Part shown: in pieces, positions 9,961 to 19,591 of the stretch | Layout: every line of letters starts with the position of its first letter | How positions within the stretch are numbered: position 1 is the first letter of the stretch | Assembly: GCA_965601925.1 (NCBI GenBank) | Contig: OZ271854.1 | Span: forward strand, 704,001 to 768,000 | DNA length: 64,000 bases | Direction: 5' to 3' | DNA from: Alkalispirochaeta sp. | Lineage (GTDB): Bacteria; Spirochaetota; Spirochaetia; DSM-27196; Alkalispirochaetaceae | Program-made: the position numbers and the translations under genes | The notes under the pieces: model-generated | Database searches by the model: none | The model's input: only the letters and a program-made list of their open reading frames with translations | Told to the model about the DNA's origin: nothing

Positions 9961-10838
9961 ATCGTGAAGTCGACACCGGCGTTTTTGACGATCAATTCTT
10001 CTCCTCTTTGGAGGCATTGACGCTCCCGTTTCGGTCCGCGCCGTCGGGTTCGCTCACGGGTCGCACCCTTACACGTCGCGGCGGCGACAGCCTCGAGTTT
10101 GCCGATATGCGGCCGTACCAGACCGGAGACGACCTGAGGATGGTCGACTGGAGCGTCTATCGTCGGCTGGGCAAGTTGTACGTGCGCCGGTACCAAGCTG
10201 AGCAGAGCCGCGTAATCACGGTGCTTCTCGATACCAGCGCGTCGATGGCGAGCCCCGAGGAACGGTTTCGCGGCGCGCAACTACTCGCCGGTGCGATCGC
10301 GGTGGTCGCGACACGCCAACTCGACCGCGTCGCGGTTATGCCGTTCTCGGAGGATCTCGGCGAGCGCGGTGCACGCACGCAACGCGGCGGCCTCCCGACC
10401 GAACTCCTCGCATACATCTCGACGCTCAAGTGCGCGGGACGTACCGCGATCGCCTCGGCCATGGGATCGGCCGCGCTCTCATCTCCGCGAGGGGCGACCG
10501 TCGTCGTCGTCACCGACTGCTATGACGCCGACGGACTCCGCGACGGGGTATCGGCTCTCGCCGCGCGACGGTGTGAAACGGTGATCGTACATCTTGCGGG
10601 CGCAGCCGACCGCGAACCGCCCGTTCGAGGCGACGCTGTTCTGGAAGATGTAGAGCTTCGCGAGACTCGCGAAGTCTACGTCGACGAGCGGCGACGGCGT
10701 GAGTACAGCGCGGTATTCGCAGACTGGATCGACGAGCTCAGAGGCGAAGTCGGTCGCGCCGGAGGCCGGTATCTGACGGTCGACTACACCGCTCCGGTGG
10801 AGCAGACCATCCGTCGCCTCGTGGGAGAGACGCCGTGA
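9957..10838 (+). CDS. DUF58 domain protein; probable CTG start at 9957 (ORF track gives TTG 10008)
   Basis: GDSLEFADMRPYQTGDDLRMVDWSVYRRLGKLYVRRY, LLDTSASM; the frame is open upstream of 10008 to the CTG that overlaps the moxR stop. Confidence 0.9.
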   Translation: MNREVDTGVFDDQFFSSLEALTLPFRSAPSGSLTGRTLTRRGGDSLEFADMRPYQTGDDLRMVDWSVYRRLGKLYVRRYQAEQSRVITVLLDTSASMASPEERFRGAQLLAGAIAVVATRQLDRVAVMPFSEDLGERGARTQRGGLPTELLAYISTLKCAGRTAIASAMGSAALSSPRGATVVVVTDCYDADGLRDGVSALAARRCETVIVHLAGAADREPPVRGDAVLEDVELRETREVYVDERRRREYSAVFADWIDELRGEVGRAGGRYLTVDYTAPVEQTIRRLVGETP

Positions 10839-12652
10839 TGCTCGGTAACCCGGCCGGGCTCTGGGTCCTCGCGGCCATTCCTCTCGTCGCGGCGCTCCAC
10901 TTTCTCATACGGACGCGTCGTAAGGTGGTCGTACCCTCGATGCTCGTATGGCGGCGAATGGCGCACGCGAGGCGCCGGAGAATGCGGCTCCGCGCCCTCC
11001 TAAACCGTCATTTGATCGTCCAAAGCGTTGCGTTGTCTCTCATGGCGCTCGCGTTGAGCGACCCGCGGTTCACGACCGGAGATCCGAACGAGGCGATACA
11101 TCTCATCGCGGTGGTCGATACGACCGCCGGAATGGGTGCACTGGAACCTTCGGGCGTCCCGCGCATTGAGGCGGCGCGAACGGCACTTCTCTCCGATCGT
11201 CGAAGCGTACCGAGACGAGGCCGCATGACCGTCATAACATTCGGCGCCCATCCGCGAGTACACGGACACTTCGATATCGACGATCCGGCGTTGGTAGACC
11301 TCATTTCGCGGTTGTCGGCGACCGATGAAGCGGGAGATCCCGCCGAAGCGCTCCGCATTGCCGTGGAGTTGGCCGGTGAGTCGGGGAACAGGGCGATAAC
11401 GACGCTCTATACCGACGGAACGCGAGAGGTACCGGCGTGGTTCGGCGCGCGGACGGAAGAACGAGTACGTCTGGTCGCTACGTCCATACCCAACGCCGGA
11501 ATCACGACCCTATCGATCAGACGAAATGCACGAGGCGTCCCCGCTGCACTGATCGAAGTGCTCAACGCCTCGACGACGACGTTCCGTGGGACGATCGTAC
11601 TGGAAACCGATGCGGGCGATTCGCTCTCGTATCCCATTGCGGTGGAGGCCGACCGCCAAGCCGGCGTCGTTCTGGACCTTCCCGGCATCACGGGCGTATG
11701 GCTCCGCTCGACGCTCTATCCCGATGAGACGACCCCGGACGCTTTGGAAGCGGACAATCGCGCGTGGTTTGTCTTCGGGCGACGGCCGCGCTTTCGCGTC
11801 GCCCTTATCGGTGCACCCGACCGCTTCGTCGAAGCGGCCCTCACCGCCCATCCGCGACTTATCGTGGAGCGCCACGAACGCTACAGCCCCTTTTTGTCGG
11901 CGGATCTCGCCGTGTTTGTCGACCAAAACGGGGGGATCCCGTCCCGAGGGCGAATACTATCGATTGCATCGGCGATCGACGGGATACCCGAGGTGCCCGG
12001 TCGAACCGATACGGCGCTCGACGGCCTCGCGTGGAATCCGGACCATCGCCTTACCGCGGCGCTCTCCGGATCGACGGTGTATCTCGCGTGGTCCCGTCGC
12101 TACGCCCTCGGTCCCGACGGAGAAGCGCTTTTGGGCGACACCGACGGTGCGGCGGCGTTCACGATGGAGACACCGATGTTGAGACTCCTCGGAATCGGCT
12201 TTCACCCGGCGCAAAGCAGCGTAGCGGCGGGCGAAGATTTACCCCTTTTGATATACAACGCGATTGAATGGCTCATTCCCGACAGTGCGCTCGACGGCGC
12301 GACGGTCGCGGGGACGGCGATCCGCACCACAACGCCTCCCGGAGGGTCTCTTACGGTCACTCGTCCCGACGGACGCCGAAGCGAACTGGCGACGCGCGAG
12401 CTGGAGACCGTCATCACCGATACCGCTCACGCGGGAATCTACGAACTCAGCTCACCGTCACGCACGGACTTCATCGCCGTTAACCTCACCGATAGAGACG
12501 AGACCGATCTTCGACCTCGAGTACCCGAGACTACTGCTACCGAGGCCGAACGTTCCCGCGCCGCCGGTCGTCCCCTGTGGACCATCGCGGCGGCTCTCGC
12601 GGCCGCGCTTCTGCTGGCGGACGCGTGGTCGTGGAGCAGGAGAGACCCGTGA
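10835..12652 (+). CDS. BatA-domain / vWA-domain membrane protein
   Basis: BatA-like N-terminus (NPAGLWVLAAIPLVAALHFL...VVPSMLVW...LALSDP), degenerate MIDAS VDTTAGM, 'DALEADNRAW', C-terminal TM. Confidence 0.85.
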   Translation: MMLGNPAGLWVLAAIPLVAALHFLIRTRRKVVVPSMLVWRRMAHARRRRMRLRALLNRHLIVQSVALSLMALALSDPRFTTGDPNEAIHLIAVVDTTAGMGALEPSGVPRIEAARTALLSDRRSVPRRGRMTVITFGAHPRVHGHFDIDDPALVDLISRLSATDEAGDPAEALRIAVELAGESGNRAITTLYTDGTREVPAWFGARTEERVRLVATSIPNAGITTLSIRRNARGVPAALIEVLNASTTTFRGTIVLETDAGDSLSYPIAVEADRQAGVVLDLPGITGVWLRSTLYPDETTPDALEADNRAWFVFGRRPRFRVALIGAPDRFVEAALTAHPRLIVERHERYSPFLSADLAVFVDQNGGIPSRGRILSIASAIDGIPEVPGRTDTALDGLAWNPDHRLTAALSGSTVYLAWSRRYALGPDGEALLGDTDGAAAFTMETPMLRLLGIGFHPAQSSVAAGEDLPLLIYNAIEWLIPDSALDGATVAGTAIRTTTPPGGSLTVTRPDGRRSELATRELETVITDTAHAGIYELSSPSRTDFIAVNLTDRDETDLRPRVPETTATEAERSRAAGRPLWTIAAALAAALLLADAWSWSRRDP

Positions 12653-15225
12653 ACGTCGGATCGCCGATCGCGCTCGTGCTCGCCGTCGTCCTCGCGGGAG
12701 CGACCGCCTATATCGCCGTACGCGCGGGCAAACACCGTCGCCGCATTACCGTCGTTCTGCGTGGCGTCGCAGTGGCATTGATGCTGCTCGCCGTTGCACA
12801 AGCCGGCCTATCCACCACCGATCGCGGAGTCCACACCGTCTACCTTCTGGACGTCTCGGCAAGCGTCTCCGACTCGGCACTCGCACGCGGTCTCCAGTTT
12901 ATCGAGCGGTCGAATGCCGAGACGCGCTCGCCCGATACGGCAACGACGTTGCTCGTGGCAAACGGCGTCGCGCCCTTGTCCGCCGACGATATGGCACGGC
13001 TTCGCAACGGTGTACGTCCCCTCGCACCACGTAGCGGAGCGACGAGAATCGTGGAGGCGCTCGACCACGCGGTAGCGGCGCTGCCGTTTTCCGGCGACCG
13101 GCGAGTCGTGCTTGTCGGCGACGGGAACGGCACCGGCGGCGATGCACCGTCTTCGGCGAGAAGGCTTGCCGATTCGGGTGTCCGCACCTCAACGGTGCTG
13201 CTCGACAACTCCGACGGATCGCCCGACGCCCGGATCACGGCACTCTCCCTTCCCACGTCGGGTCCCCCCGACTCCTCCGCGGAGCTTCGTCTCGCAATCT
13301 GGAGCGACGTCGCCGCGACCGCGCGCCTCGTAATCCGCCGCGACGGTCGTGAAAGCGGCGTCGACACGCTCCGGTTGAGCGCCGGTCACAGTGTGCACCG
13401 CTATCGCGTGCGTGTACCGGACCGGGGGTTCGTCCGATACGAGGCGGAAATCGACGTCCCGGGCGACCGACTCTACGAGAACAATATCGCCGACGGTTGG
13501 ATCGGCTCACGCGACGGCTCGTCCATTCTGTATCTGTCTGCCGACGAGATGCGGCCGGTGTTAACGGCGATCGAAACGCAGGGTCGTGCGGTTGACCGTA
13601 TAGCGCCCGGCGAGCTGGACACGGCGTTACCCATCCTGGCCGGCTACGACGCCGTCGTAGTAGACGATGTCTCCGCGGAACAGATATCGCTCTCCCAAAT
13701 GAACGCCCTTGAGCGCTACGTGCGCCACACCGGTGGAGGGCTCCTCTTTCTCGGCGGCCCCCGCTCACTTTCGGACGGCGGATATCGCGGCACCACTCTG
13801 GAAGACATCCTGCCGATCACGTTCGACGTCGCCTCGCCGGTGCAGATACCGAGTCTGATCATTCTCTTTCTCATCGATAAGTCGGGGAGCATGGAGGGCG
13901 GCCCCGACGCGGAGGTCTCAAAACTCCAACTCGTCTTGGAATCGGTATTGGCATCGGTCGAGGTCATGCAGCCCAACCAACGGGTCGGCGTAATCGCCTT
14001 CGACTCCGAGGTAGAGTGGACGGTGCCGATCACCCGCGCCGCGGAACGGCAGGAGATACTCAGTGCCATTACATCCCTGCAGGGCGGCGGCGGTACGATC
14101 CTTGAAAAGGCGCTCATCGAGGCGCATCGGGTATTGGGAGAAATCGAGGCGGTGAAGCGTCACGTCATCGTCTTGTCCGACGGGTTGACCGTGGAGGCCG
14201 ACTTCCGCGCAATCGCCTCATCAATGCGACAATCGGACATCACCGTCTCGACGGTCGGCGTGGGAGTCGACGCCGATGCGGAGCTGCTGGACCTCATCGC
14301 ACGCGAGGGAGCGGGCCGATCCTATCACACCGCGAGCGCCGACGAGGTACCGCGCATCTTCGCGCTGGAGGCGAACCTCGTATCGCGCGCCGTAGTGGTC
14401 GAGGAGACTTTCTTTCCCGTTCGCCGTCCCCAGGCGACCCTCTTGGGCATCGAGGAGGAGGTACTGCTTCCTCCTTTGGAAGCCTTTGCTTTGACCTTTC
14501 CGCGAGAACGGGCGACGCAGCTTATCGACGCCCCGGAGGGCCAGCCGCTCTTGGTCGCATGGCAGTACGGCTTAGGGCGGAGCGTCTCCTTCTCCTCTTC
14601 CATAGGCGGATCATGGGGTCAGCAATGGGGAGACTGGGCGGAGCTGCCCCGAATTCTCGGGCAGACGCTCGGATGGCTGGCGCCCACGGAGACCGGCTCA
14701 CGCCTGGAGGCGGATATCGAGGAGGGAGAGATCGTTCTTACGGCGGAGCTTCGCGACGAGTCGGGGGCGTTTCTCGACGCCGCACAACCTCGCGTCACAC
14801 TATCGCTCGCCGACGGCGGCATTATCGAGACGCCGTTGGAGCCGAAGGCTCCGGGCCGATTTTCAGCCCGATTACCGCTCGATTTCCTCGGGACGGCCGT
14901 TGCAACCTTGAGTGACTCCCAACACGCGCACATCCGCGCGGTGACCGTTCTCGGGCGTCCTTACGCGCCGGAGTACGCGCGATTGGAGGCGGATGCCGCG
15001 GCGATGCGCTCGATCGCGGCGGCGGGACGGGGCGTGGCGCTCTCCGACCGCGAGAGCGCGATGCCCCACGACAGGCTCCCGCGGCACGTGACTCCCGCAG
15101 CGGAGCGTCGTGAGCTGTGGCCGTGGTTTCTCGCCGCGGCGGCGATGCTGGTGGTCGTCGAGATCGCAATCACCATACTCCTGTCGTTTCGTGATGAGCG
15201 ACGGCGGGAACGGGTCGCGCGATAA
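12649..15225 (+). CDS. vWA-domain protein with two vWA domains and a GATase1-like domain
   Basis: MIDAS LLDVSASV and LIDKSGSM, VIVLSDG, GATase-like 'LERYVRHTGGGLLFLGG', 'WQYGLGRSVSF'; GTGA overlap with the upstream stop. Confidence 0.85.
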   Translation: MNVGSPIALVLAVVLAGATAYIAVRAGKHRRRITVVLRGVAVALMLLAVAQAGLSTTDRGVHTVYLLDVSASVSDSALARGLQFIERSNAETRSPDTATTLLVANGVAPLSADDMARLRNGVRPLAPRSGATRIVEALDHAVAALPFSGDRRVVLVGDGNGTGGDAPSSARRLADSGVRTSTVLLDNSDGSPDARITALSLPTSGPPDSSAELRLAIWSDVAATARLVIRRDGRESGVDTLRLSAGHSVHRYRVRVPDRGFVRYEAEIDVPGDRLYENNIADGWIGSRDGSSILYLSADEMRPVLTAIETQGRAVDRIAPGELDTALPILAGYDAVVVDDVSAEQISLSQMNALERYVRHTGGGLLFLGGPRSLSDGGYRGTTLEDILPITFDVASPVQIPSLIILFLIDKSGSMEGGPDAEVSKLQLVLESVLASVEVMQPNQRVGVIAFDSEVEWTVPITRAAERQEILSAITSLQGGGGTILEKALIEAHRVLGEIEAVKRHVIVLSDGLTVEADFRAIASSMRQSDITVSTVGVGVDADAELLDLIAREGAGRSYHTASADEVPRIFALEANLVSRAVVVEETFFPVRRPQATLLGIEEEVLLPPLEAFALTFPRERATQLIDAPEGQPLLVAWQYGLGRSVSFSSSIGGSWGQQWGDWAELPRILGQTLGWLAPTETGSRLEADIEEGEIVLTAELRDESGAFLDAAQPRVTLSLADGGIIETPLEPKAPGRFSARLPLDFLGTAVATLSDSQHAHIRAVTVLGRPYAPEYARLEADAAAMRSIAAAGRGVALSDRESAMPHDRLPRHVTPAAERRELWPWFLAAAAMLVVVEIAITILLSFRDERRRERVAR

Positions 15226-15237
15226 TCGTAGTCGAGC

Positions 15238-15792
15238 CTATATTCCCGGACGTTCCCCCGCTCGGAGCATCGCCTTGGCTCGTTGTAACCTTCGAAGTCT
15301 CGTTTCGGGGCGCTTGGCGTCGGTAATCCACAGGACGTACTGTCGCCGGAGGGACGGGGCGATCTTCTCGAAGATGTGAAACGCCTCATCGTCCCGCTTA
15401 AGATCCTCAAGCAACTCGTCGGGCAGCGTCGGATGCTTGGGCTGACGAACGACACGATCCTCCTCGACGGCTCGCCGGAACTCTGATGCGGCGCGCTCGA
15501 CGACGCGACCGGTCCTAACCAGCTCACCCATGCGTCGTATGTTGGCCTCGCTCCAACGGCTGTTGTGCGTGCGCGGCGTGAAACGCCGAACGTACTTGGC
15601 CTCGTCGATCCTCTTAATGCGTCCGTCTATCCACCCGTGGCAGAGCGCCTCATCGACGGAATCGGGATAGGTGACGCACGGGTCCTCGTTTCCCTTCTTG
15701 AGATAGATCAACCATATCTCGCTCGCCTCGTCGCCGTGAGTCTCCAACCATCGCCGCCACTCTGCGGCGTCTCGGCAGTAGAGCGTCTCCAT
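15238..15792 (-). CDS. YdeI/OmpD-associated family protein
   Basis: WRRWLETHG...IWLIYLKK...VDEALCHGWIDG...RFTPR...SRWS and WITDAKRPETRLRRL. Confidence 0.9.
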   Translation of the reverse strand: METLYCRDAAEWRRWLETHGDEASEIWLIYLKKGNEDPCVTYPDSVDEALCHGWIDGRIKRIDEAKYVRRFTPRTHNSRWSEANIRRMGELVRTGRVVERAASEFRRAVEEDRVVRQPKHPTLPDELLEDLKRDDEAFHIFEKIAPSLRRQYVLWITDAKRPETRLRRLQRAKAMLRAGERPGI

Positions 15793-15895
15793 CGCATCGC
15801 CCCTTCGCACAGCATAGGCCCACCCTACCGAGCCGTCAACGGTGCACTGCGCAGCACGTGGCACCACCCTCGACTCGTTTTATCGCGCCGACTCG

Positions 15896-17731
15896 TCAAT
15901 TCCACTCCGCATAGAGCTTATCGTACAACCGCTGCGTCTTTTCGAGATCGCGCGACAGCGCTTTCGCCGTCTTGAGATCGCCGTTCGAGTACGCGTGTTT
16001 GAGACGCCGCTCGATCTCGATCTTGCGCGCTTCCAACGCAAGCAGCCGCGCCTCCACCGTATCCTCCGATGCCGACGCCGTCTGTCGGTGTTCGCCTTTT
16101 TTCGGTCCCTCCCATCGACCGATGGAGTACCAAAAGTCCGAAAAGCCGCCGTCGAAACTCTCGATCTGCTCGTCGACGAGATAGAGCACGCGATTGACGA
16201 CGCTGTCGAGGAGGTAGCGGTCGTGGCTGACGATGAGTACCGTACCGCTGAACCGGAGAAGCGCCTCCTCCACCGCTTCCCGACTGGCGATGTCGAGATG
16301 GTTCGTCGGTTCGTCGAGGATCAAAAAATTGGCGCCGAGGAGCTCGGCGCGGGCGAGTTGAAGCCGGTTGATCTCTCCGCCCGACAGCGTTCCGACGTGG
16401 CGCGAGAGGTCGCGATACTCGAACAGGTATCGCGATATGAGGCCGAACACGTAGTCGCGCGTGTACCGTCCGAGGTCGCGTAAATTATCCTCCACACTCG
16501 CCTCGGCGCGAAAGACGTGTCGAGTCTGAGCGCAGTAGCCGACCTTCATGCTGGGGCCGAGGCGCAAAGAGGGGTGGTCCCAGTGGGCGTCGTCGATGAT
16601 CCGTTCGAGAAGGGTCGTCTTCCCCGATCCGTTGGGTCCGATGAGGGCGACGCGTTCGCCGACGAGTATGCGGGCGCTCGCCGCGCGGAAGAGCATCCGT
16701 TCTCCGTAGCCGAACGAAAATCCTTGAATATCGAGCGCAATGTCCGCCTTGGCGGCCGCCGGTCCGAAGCCGATCCTCACCGTCCCGTCGTCGAGCGAGG
16801 GCGCCTCGCGCGAACGTTCGCGGGCTCGCCGGAGCTGCGTTCGACGAGCCCGTAGCCGTTTACCGATCGCCGGGTCGGGCCGAGCCCTGGCAAGCGAGGC
16901 AAGATATGCGACCATCGCCTCCAGGCGCTCGAGGTGTTTTTTGTCGGCGCGAGCGTCGGAGGCACTCTTTACCGCCTGTCGTAACGTTGCGCTCCGATAG
17001 GCGGAGTAATTACCGGTATATGAGGTGATCCGGCGCCCCCGCAACTCCCAAACTCGTGTGACCACGCGGTCCAGGAGGTAGCGATTATGCGAGATAACGA
17101 GTATCGCCGCCGGATACGAAGAGAGAAATCCCTCTAACCAGGCCAAGCCCCACGCATCGAGGTGGTTGCCCGGCTCGTCGAGGATGAGCATCTCGGGTCG
17201 TCTGATCAGACCGCGCAAAATCTGGATTCGATTTTTCTCACCGCCGGAGAGGTCCGCCACCGGCGTGTCGGCAAGATACCCGATACCGTTCTGCGCGAGG
17301 AGGGCGAGGGCGCGATGTTCCGCGTCGTCACCGGCCTCGGCGTCGTAGCGCTCACGAGCCTCGGCGTAGCGCTCAAGGATCGAGGAGAGGCGTTCCGGAT
17401 CGCAGTCGGCCATCTCCCGTTCGAATGCGCGCAGACGATCTCGCAGCGCGAGAGCATCTTCGATGATGAACTCGAGGGCCGTGGAGGCAATGTCTGAAGG
17501 CATGTGTTGCGAAACGTACGCGATGCGCTGCGCCGTCGGGCCTTGAAGGCGGACGCTTCCTCCATCCGCCTCGAGGTCGCCCATAACGGCCCGCACGAGT
17601 GTCGTTTTTCCGGCGCCGTTGGCGCCGATGAGCCCGATCTTCTCCCCCGCCTCGACGCGTGCCGTCACGCTCTCGAGCACTCTCGTGCCGCCGTACTGTA
17701 CCGTGAGTTGATTGATTTCAAGCAGTGCCAT
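15896..17731 (-). CDS. ABC-F family ribosome-associated ATPase (possible antibiotic-resistance ABC-F)
   Basis: Two ABC cassettes (GANGAGKT/LSGGE/LDEPGNHLD and GPNGSGKT/LSGGE/LDEPTNHLD), no TM segments, GNYSAY linker, C-terminal coiled coil. Confidence 0.93.
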   Translation of the reverse strand: MALLEINQLTVQYGGTRVLESVTARVEAGEKIGLIGANGAGKTTLVRAVMGDLEADGGSVRLQGPTAQRIAYVSQHMPSDIASTALEFIIEDALALRDRLRAFEREMADCDPERLSSILERYAEARERYDAEAGDDAEHRALALLAQNGIGYLADTPVADLSGGEKNRIQILRGLIRRPEMLILDEPGNHLDAWGLAWLEGFLSSYPAAILVISHNRYLLDRVVTRVWELRGRRITSYTGNYSAYRSATLRQAVKSASDARADKKHLERLEAMVAYLASLARARPDPAIGKRLRARRTQLRRARERSREAPSLDDGTVRIGFGPAAAKADIALDIQGFSFGYGERMLFRAASARILVGERVALIGPNGSGKTTLLERIIDDAHWDHPSLRLGPSMKVGYCAQTRHVFRAEASVEDNLRDLGRYTRDYVFGLISRYLFEYRDLSRHVGTLSGGEINRLQLARAELLGANFLILDEPTNHLDIASREAVEEALLRFSGTVLIVSHDRYLLDSVVNRVLYLVDEQIESFDGGFSDFWYSIGRWEGPKKGEHRQTASASEDTVEARLLALEARKIEIERRLKHAYSNGDLKTAKALSRDLEKTQRLYDKLYAEWN

Positions 17732-17807
17732 CGTCGTCTCCCTTCCGACATCGCAGCGGGGATCGCCGCCGACGGCACTCTTCTGTCACCGCTACGGGAA
17801 CGGGACG

Positions 17808-17838
17808 AAAAAAGCCGCGGAGGCGTGCCCCCGCGGCT
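17808..17838 (-). terminator. Intrinsic terminator (attenuator) in the ABC-F 5' leader
   Basis: Minus strand AGCCGCGGGGG-CACG-CCTCCGCGGCT followed by a T run, about 75 nt before the ABC-F start. Confidence 0.8.
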
Positions 17839-17857
17839 CTCTATTATCGGTGAAATA

Positions 17858-17953
17858 TCACATAGATCCATCACCGTCCGCGGACACACCTATCCCGTCG
17901 GCTCGGATCTTTCCGGTGATGCGACGGATATTCCGCAGACGATTCTTGTACAT
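17858..17953 (-). CDS. Putative leader peptide MYKNRLRNIRRITGKIRADGIGVSADGDGSM (31 aa)
   Basis: Short ORF between a sigma70 promoter and the attenuator; contains an RLR (+X+) motif. Confidence 0.6.
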   Translation of the reverse strand: MYKNRLRNIRRITGKIRADGIGVSADGDGSM

Positions 17954-17960
17954 AGAGGAT

Positions 17961-17989
17961 AGTATATCTTCAGGAGGTTCCCGTGTCAC
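17961..17989 (-). promoter_or_regulatory. Sigma70 promoter for the leaderless ABC-F leader transcript
   Basis: GTGACA-17 nt-TATACT, then 7 nt to the leader ATG. Confidence 0.65.
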
Positions 17990-19065
17990 CAGTGAACAAC
18001 GAGTACTTCGTATATATCGGGACGCGCGATCCGGCGGGCGTCTACCGCGCTCGCCTCGATATCGAAAGCGGCGATCTTACGCAGCCCGAACCGATCGTCG
18101 GAATCGACAATCCGGGTTGGCTGACACTCAATCCGCGCCGTCCCGTGTTGTACGCGACGTGTCTGGGAGATTCCTGCACCGATGCCGGCTACGGGTATGT
18201 CAACGCCTTTGGAATCGATACGCGGACCGGCGATCTCTCCTTTATCGGCGGTCAAACGGGAGGCGGCCACCCCCTCGTACATCTGAACGTTGACCCCGCG
18301 GGGGAGCTCCTGGCGGCCGCGAGCTATCACGGCACCGCCATGGCGGTCTTTCCGCTTACCGAGAACGGCGGCATCGCTCGGGCTGTTACCAAGCACAATT
18401 TCAATCATCCCGGCTCCGGCGTCGTACCGGAACGACAGGGTCGAGCGTTTCCCCACTCGTTTACCTTCGACCGACACGGAGAATACGCATATCTGTGCGA
18501 CTTGGGAGCCGATGTGGTGTGGGTTTATCGCCGAAGCACCGAACGAGCCGATCTCGAACCGCACGATCCGCCTTCGTTCTCTCTCGCCCCCGGCTCGGGA
18601 CCGCGCCACGTGGCGTGGCACCCCGACGGACGTATCCTCTACGTCATCAACGAGTTGGCCAATACGATAACGGTGTGTCGGATTGACGCCGGTAACGCCC
18701 ATGAACTCCAGACCGTCGGCACGCTCCCGCCGAACTTCGAGGGCGAGAACACCACCGCGGAGGTCGCCGTATCACCCGACGGCCGCTTTGTGTACGGATC
18801 GAACCGGGGCCACAACAGCATTGCGATTTTTGCCGTAGAGCGTGGCTCCGGTCTCCTTCGCGCCGCGGGATGGACGCCGACCGACGGAGATCACCCACGC
18901 CACTTCACCCTCGAAGCGACCGGTAGGTGGTGTCTGGTCGCCAACCGCACGTCCGGCACCGTAGTGGTATTTCGACGCGACGCGGCGACGGGAACACTTA
19001 CTAAGGTGGGACACGTGGGCGGCATGGTAAACCCGCAGTGCGTCGTTCTGTACAGGGGAGGATAG
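17983..19065 (+). CDS. pgl: 6-phosphogluconolactonase / lactonase family beta-propeller
   Basis: VYIGT N-terminus, ERQ..AFPHS, DLGAD, GSGPRH, YGSNRGHNSI, HPRHF; AGGAGG RBS. Confidence 0.88.
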   Translation: MSPVNNEYFVYIGTRDPAGVYRARLDIESGDLTQPEPIVGIDNPGWLTLNPRRPVLYATCLGDSCTDAGYGYVNAFGIDTRTGDLSFIGGQTGGGHPLVHLNVDPAGELLAAASYHGTAMAVFPLTENGGIARAVTKHNFNHPGSGVVPERQGRAFPHSFTFDRHGEYAYLCDLGADVVWVYRRSTERADLEPHDPPSFSLAPGSGPRHVAWHPDGRILYVINELANTITVCRIDAGNAHELQTVGTLPPNFEGENTTAEVAVSPDGRFVYGSNRGHNSIAIFAVERGSGLLRAAGWTPTDGDHPRHFTLEATGRWCLVANRTSGTVVVFRRDAATGTLTKVGHVGGMVNPQCVVLYRGG

Positions 19066-19083
19066 TCGAGCGACGCGTCGCGC

Positions 19084-19566
19084 CTACTCTTTTACGCAGT
19101 CAACCACGACGCCGCCGGTAACGGTGATGAGCTGGTCAAAGGTGAGCGAAACGTTATCGTGATGCGTACCGGCGGCGGCGTATACGACCGGCCAGCGCGA
19201 GAGCGTCTCATCGATAATGACGCGCACTCCCTCGGTCCGATGGCCCACCGGGGCGACACCGCCGGGCGGATAGCCGAAGATGTCGAGACACTGCGCGCCG
19301 GTCGCGATCTTGACCTTTTTTCTGCCCACCGAAAAGTGACGCGCAATCTTGGCATCCGAGAGCCGCTTGTCACCGGCGGCAACCGCTACGGTGGGACTAC
19401 CGTCTACCATGAGGCACATACTCTTCGCGATCTGCCCCAACTCGCACCCGATTGAGCGCGCCGCGTCCTCACTGGTAAATGTGCTGTCCTCGAAATGCAC
19501 GACTCTCAGCCCGAGAGCAAAGCCGTCGAGGACGCGTTGTACGTGATCCGGTGTGAGCGCTTGCAT
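19084..19566 (-). CDS. YbaK/EbsC family aminoacyl-tRNA deacylase
   Basis: TSEDAARSIGCELGQIAKSM, GYPPGGVAPVGH, VYAAAG. Confidence 0.9.
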   Translation of the reverse strand: MQALTPDHVQRVLDGFALGLRVVHFEDSTFTSEDAARSIGCELGQIAKSMCLMVDGSPTVAVAAGDKRLSDAKIARHFSVGRKKVKIATGAQCLDIFGYPPGGVAPVGHRTEGVRVIIDETLSRWPVVYAAAGTHHDNVSLTFDQLITVTGGVVVDCVKE

Positions 19567-19591
19567 AGTCGCACGTCGGGCCGAGTCGGCC

